From a virus (lineage: Duplodnaviria; Caudoviricetes), in the IMG/VR virus record IMGVR_UViG_3300022178_000484, positions 1-24,415 of that record: a stretch of DNA of 24,415 nt, one strand, 5' to 3'. A program made the translations under genes and the position numbers. Below, piece by piece: positions 23,365-24,415 of this stretch. The first letter of the stretch is position 1. Each line of letters opens with the position of its first letter. Below the pieces are notes generated by a model. It saw nothing but the letters and a program-made list of their open reading frames with translations. It was not told the origin of the DNA and searched no databases.

Positions 23365-23729
23365 CACACGTCCCCCAATTCATCATGTAACCGACTGATA
23401 ATCGCGCCCAGTGCCGCACCCAAATGCTTGCGGTCACAGTTCAAGACCACATCCCGAACGTCATAGGAACTCGGATCTCGGTACTCTTGATTAGCACTGC
23501 CCGACTGAGGATGAGCATTACGCTCCTCGATCATCTCTTGCTCTGCTTCGAGGATAACCTCACCGCTACCCAAGTTTGGATCTCGCAAACAATTGTGCAA
23601 GTTTAAGAACTCAAGCATCTCGGCCTTCGAGGTGGGAACATCGATCTCCCACCAGTCTTTTCCAAAAGCTTTCTTCGCATCCGATTGGGTCCCTGCCCAA
23701 TTACCTTTTTGATCATAGTATAATCTCAT
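23364..23729 (-). CDS. Hypothetical protein, 121 aa
   Basis: MRLYYDQKGNWAGTQSDAKK...EIDVPTSK..MLEFLN; purine-rich RBS upstream. Confidence 0.7.
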   Translation of the reverse strand: MRLYYDQKGNWAGTQSDAKKAFGKDWWEIDVPTSKAEMLEFLNLHNCLRDPNLGSGEVILEAEQEMIEERNAHPQSGSANQEYRDPSSYDVRDVVLNCDRKHLGAALGAIISRLHDELGDV

Positions 23730-23738
23730 TACTTCCCC

Positions 23739-24059
23739 CTACTCAGTAAAGCATAAATCAAAACTGTAGTACGGCTCACAATAGCCCCACTTACAAAACG
23801 GCATCTGCAATGATGCGTGAACCGCCCACTCGAACGGCCCTGCCTCAAAACAAACACGCCAATTTCTACCGTAACCTCGAACCTCGTTTTGCTCGGGGTT
23901 GTCGATACGAACCTCGATGTCAGGATCAAACCCAACATCCTCACACCACTTACGTAATGCCTTGTACAAACCCTTTGCCGCATTGGCCTTGGTCTTGTAC
24001 CTCTCGGGGTTCCAATCTATGACCATGGTCCCCTCTTCCATACAATCAATCGCTAACAT
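23739..24059 (-). CDS. Hypothetical protein with a WRVCFEAGPFEWA motif, 106 aa
   Basis: RBS AAGGAGG and TAATG coupling; aromatic-rich C-terminus (EPYYSFDLCF). Confidence 0.7.
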   Translation of the reverse strand: MLAIDCMEEGTMVIDWNPERYKTKANAAKGLYKALRKWCEDVGFDPDIEVRIDNPEQNEVRGYGRNWRVCFEAGPFEWAVHASLQMPFCKWGYCEPYYSFDLCFTE

Positions 24060-24301
24060 TACATTTCCTCCTTATAGTGTTTAGCTATCTCAAGATAATT
24101 AATCTCACCCAAAGAACAGTTTAATAAATCTGAAACAAAACCATCGCCCCTTACACCACAGTCAGCGACGCAATTATCCACCAAGTCCTCGATATAATCT
24201 TCAGAGATCTCGATGCCCTCTTCTTGGTCCGTGTGCATATGATCTCCTAACCACACGCCCACGAGCCACGTTTCTTTGTTTGACCATCCGTTGTATGCCA
24301 T
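24059..24301 (-). CDS. Acidic protein with a YNGWSNxETW N-terminus, 80 aa; first gene of the leftward cluster
   Basis: The YNGW.N.ETW.V..W motif is recurrent in marine phage early proteins; 18 D/E versus 4 K/R. Confidence 0.75.
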   Translation of the reverse strand: MAYNGWSNKETWLVGVWLGDHMHTDQEEGIEISEDYIEDLVDNCVADCGVRGDGFVSDLLNCSLGEINYLEIAKHYKEEM

Positions 24302-24333
24302 TTGTTTTTCCCTTTGATTTGTTTTCTACAAAC

Positions 24334-24363
24334 AAACTACTTGTGTTTGACACACAACACAAC
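24334..24363 (-). promoter_or_regulatory. Candidate early promoter overlapped by TTGTGT/ACACAA repeats
   Basis: Minus strand TTGTGT (24362-24357), 17-nt spacer, TAGTTT (24339-24334). Inverted repeat TTGTGT-N5-ACACAA at 24341-24357 in an AT-rich non-coding end. Confidence 0.4.
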
Positions 24364-24415
24364 CCTTTTATTGGTTTGAGGACAAAAAATACATATAGGC
24401 CACACAGCCAGAGAT

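Noticed and set aside
1-24415. tRNA, rRNA, CRISPR arrays, introns/inteins and stop-codon reassignment
   Set aside because: The window is almost fully tiled by intact standard-code ORFs; no cloverleaf, repeat-spacer array or interrupted polymerase/helicase motif was seen by eye.

Overview
A 24.4 kb segment of a tailed dsDNA bacteriophage with podovirus-like organisation. An uncultured marine alphaproteobacterial host is plausible, but this is inference only. There are four blocks. (1) 1-9953 (+): late virion genes, comprising the end of a small tail-associated protein, a 623-aa tail/stabilisation protein, two small proteins (one a Zn ribbon) and four probable internal virion/ejection proteins of 216, 287, 577 and 1394 aa. 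(2) 9950-17782 (-): a replication operon with a coiled-coil protein, an SSB-like protein, an AEP-type primase, an AlpA-like HTH, an SF1 UvrD/RecB-like helicase, a PAPS-reductase-family Fe-S protein, a DUF6378-like protein and a family A DNA polymerase with Leu at the position equivalent to E. coli 762. (3) 17857-19535 (+): an SNF2-like helicase and a small basic protein, transcribed from a promoter that overlaps the oppositely oriented replication promoter. (4) 19589-24301 (-): about 19 small, translationally coupled early-type genes, many very acidic, ending in a ribbon-helix-helix regulator. The most notable observations are short linear motifs that look like host-replisome docking signals (beta-clamp-like QGNLF on the polymerase and QLSMF on a 66-aa early protein; SSB-tail-like (D/N)EIPF on both the SSB and the primase), a possible sulfur/nucleotide-modification cassette coupled to the polymerase, interlocked divergent promoters, a CACAA-box/RHH circuit and GLFDDL repeats at both ends of the giant ejection protein. 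No tRNA, rRNA, CRISPR array or integrase was seen. All family assignments come from motif recognition by eye; no searches were run.
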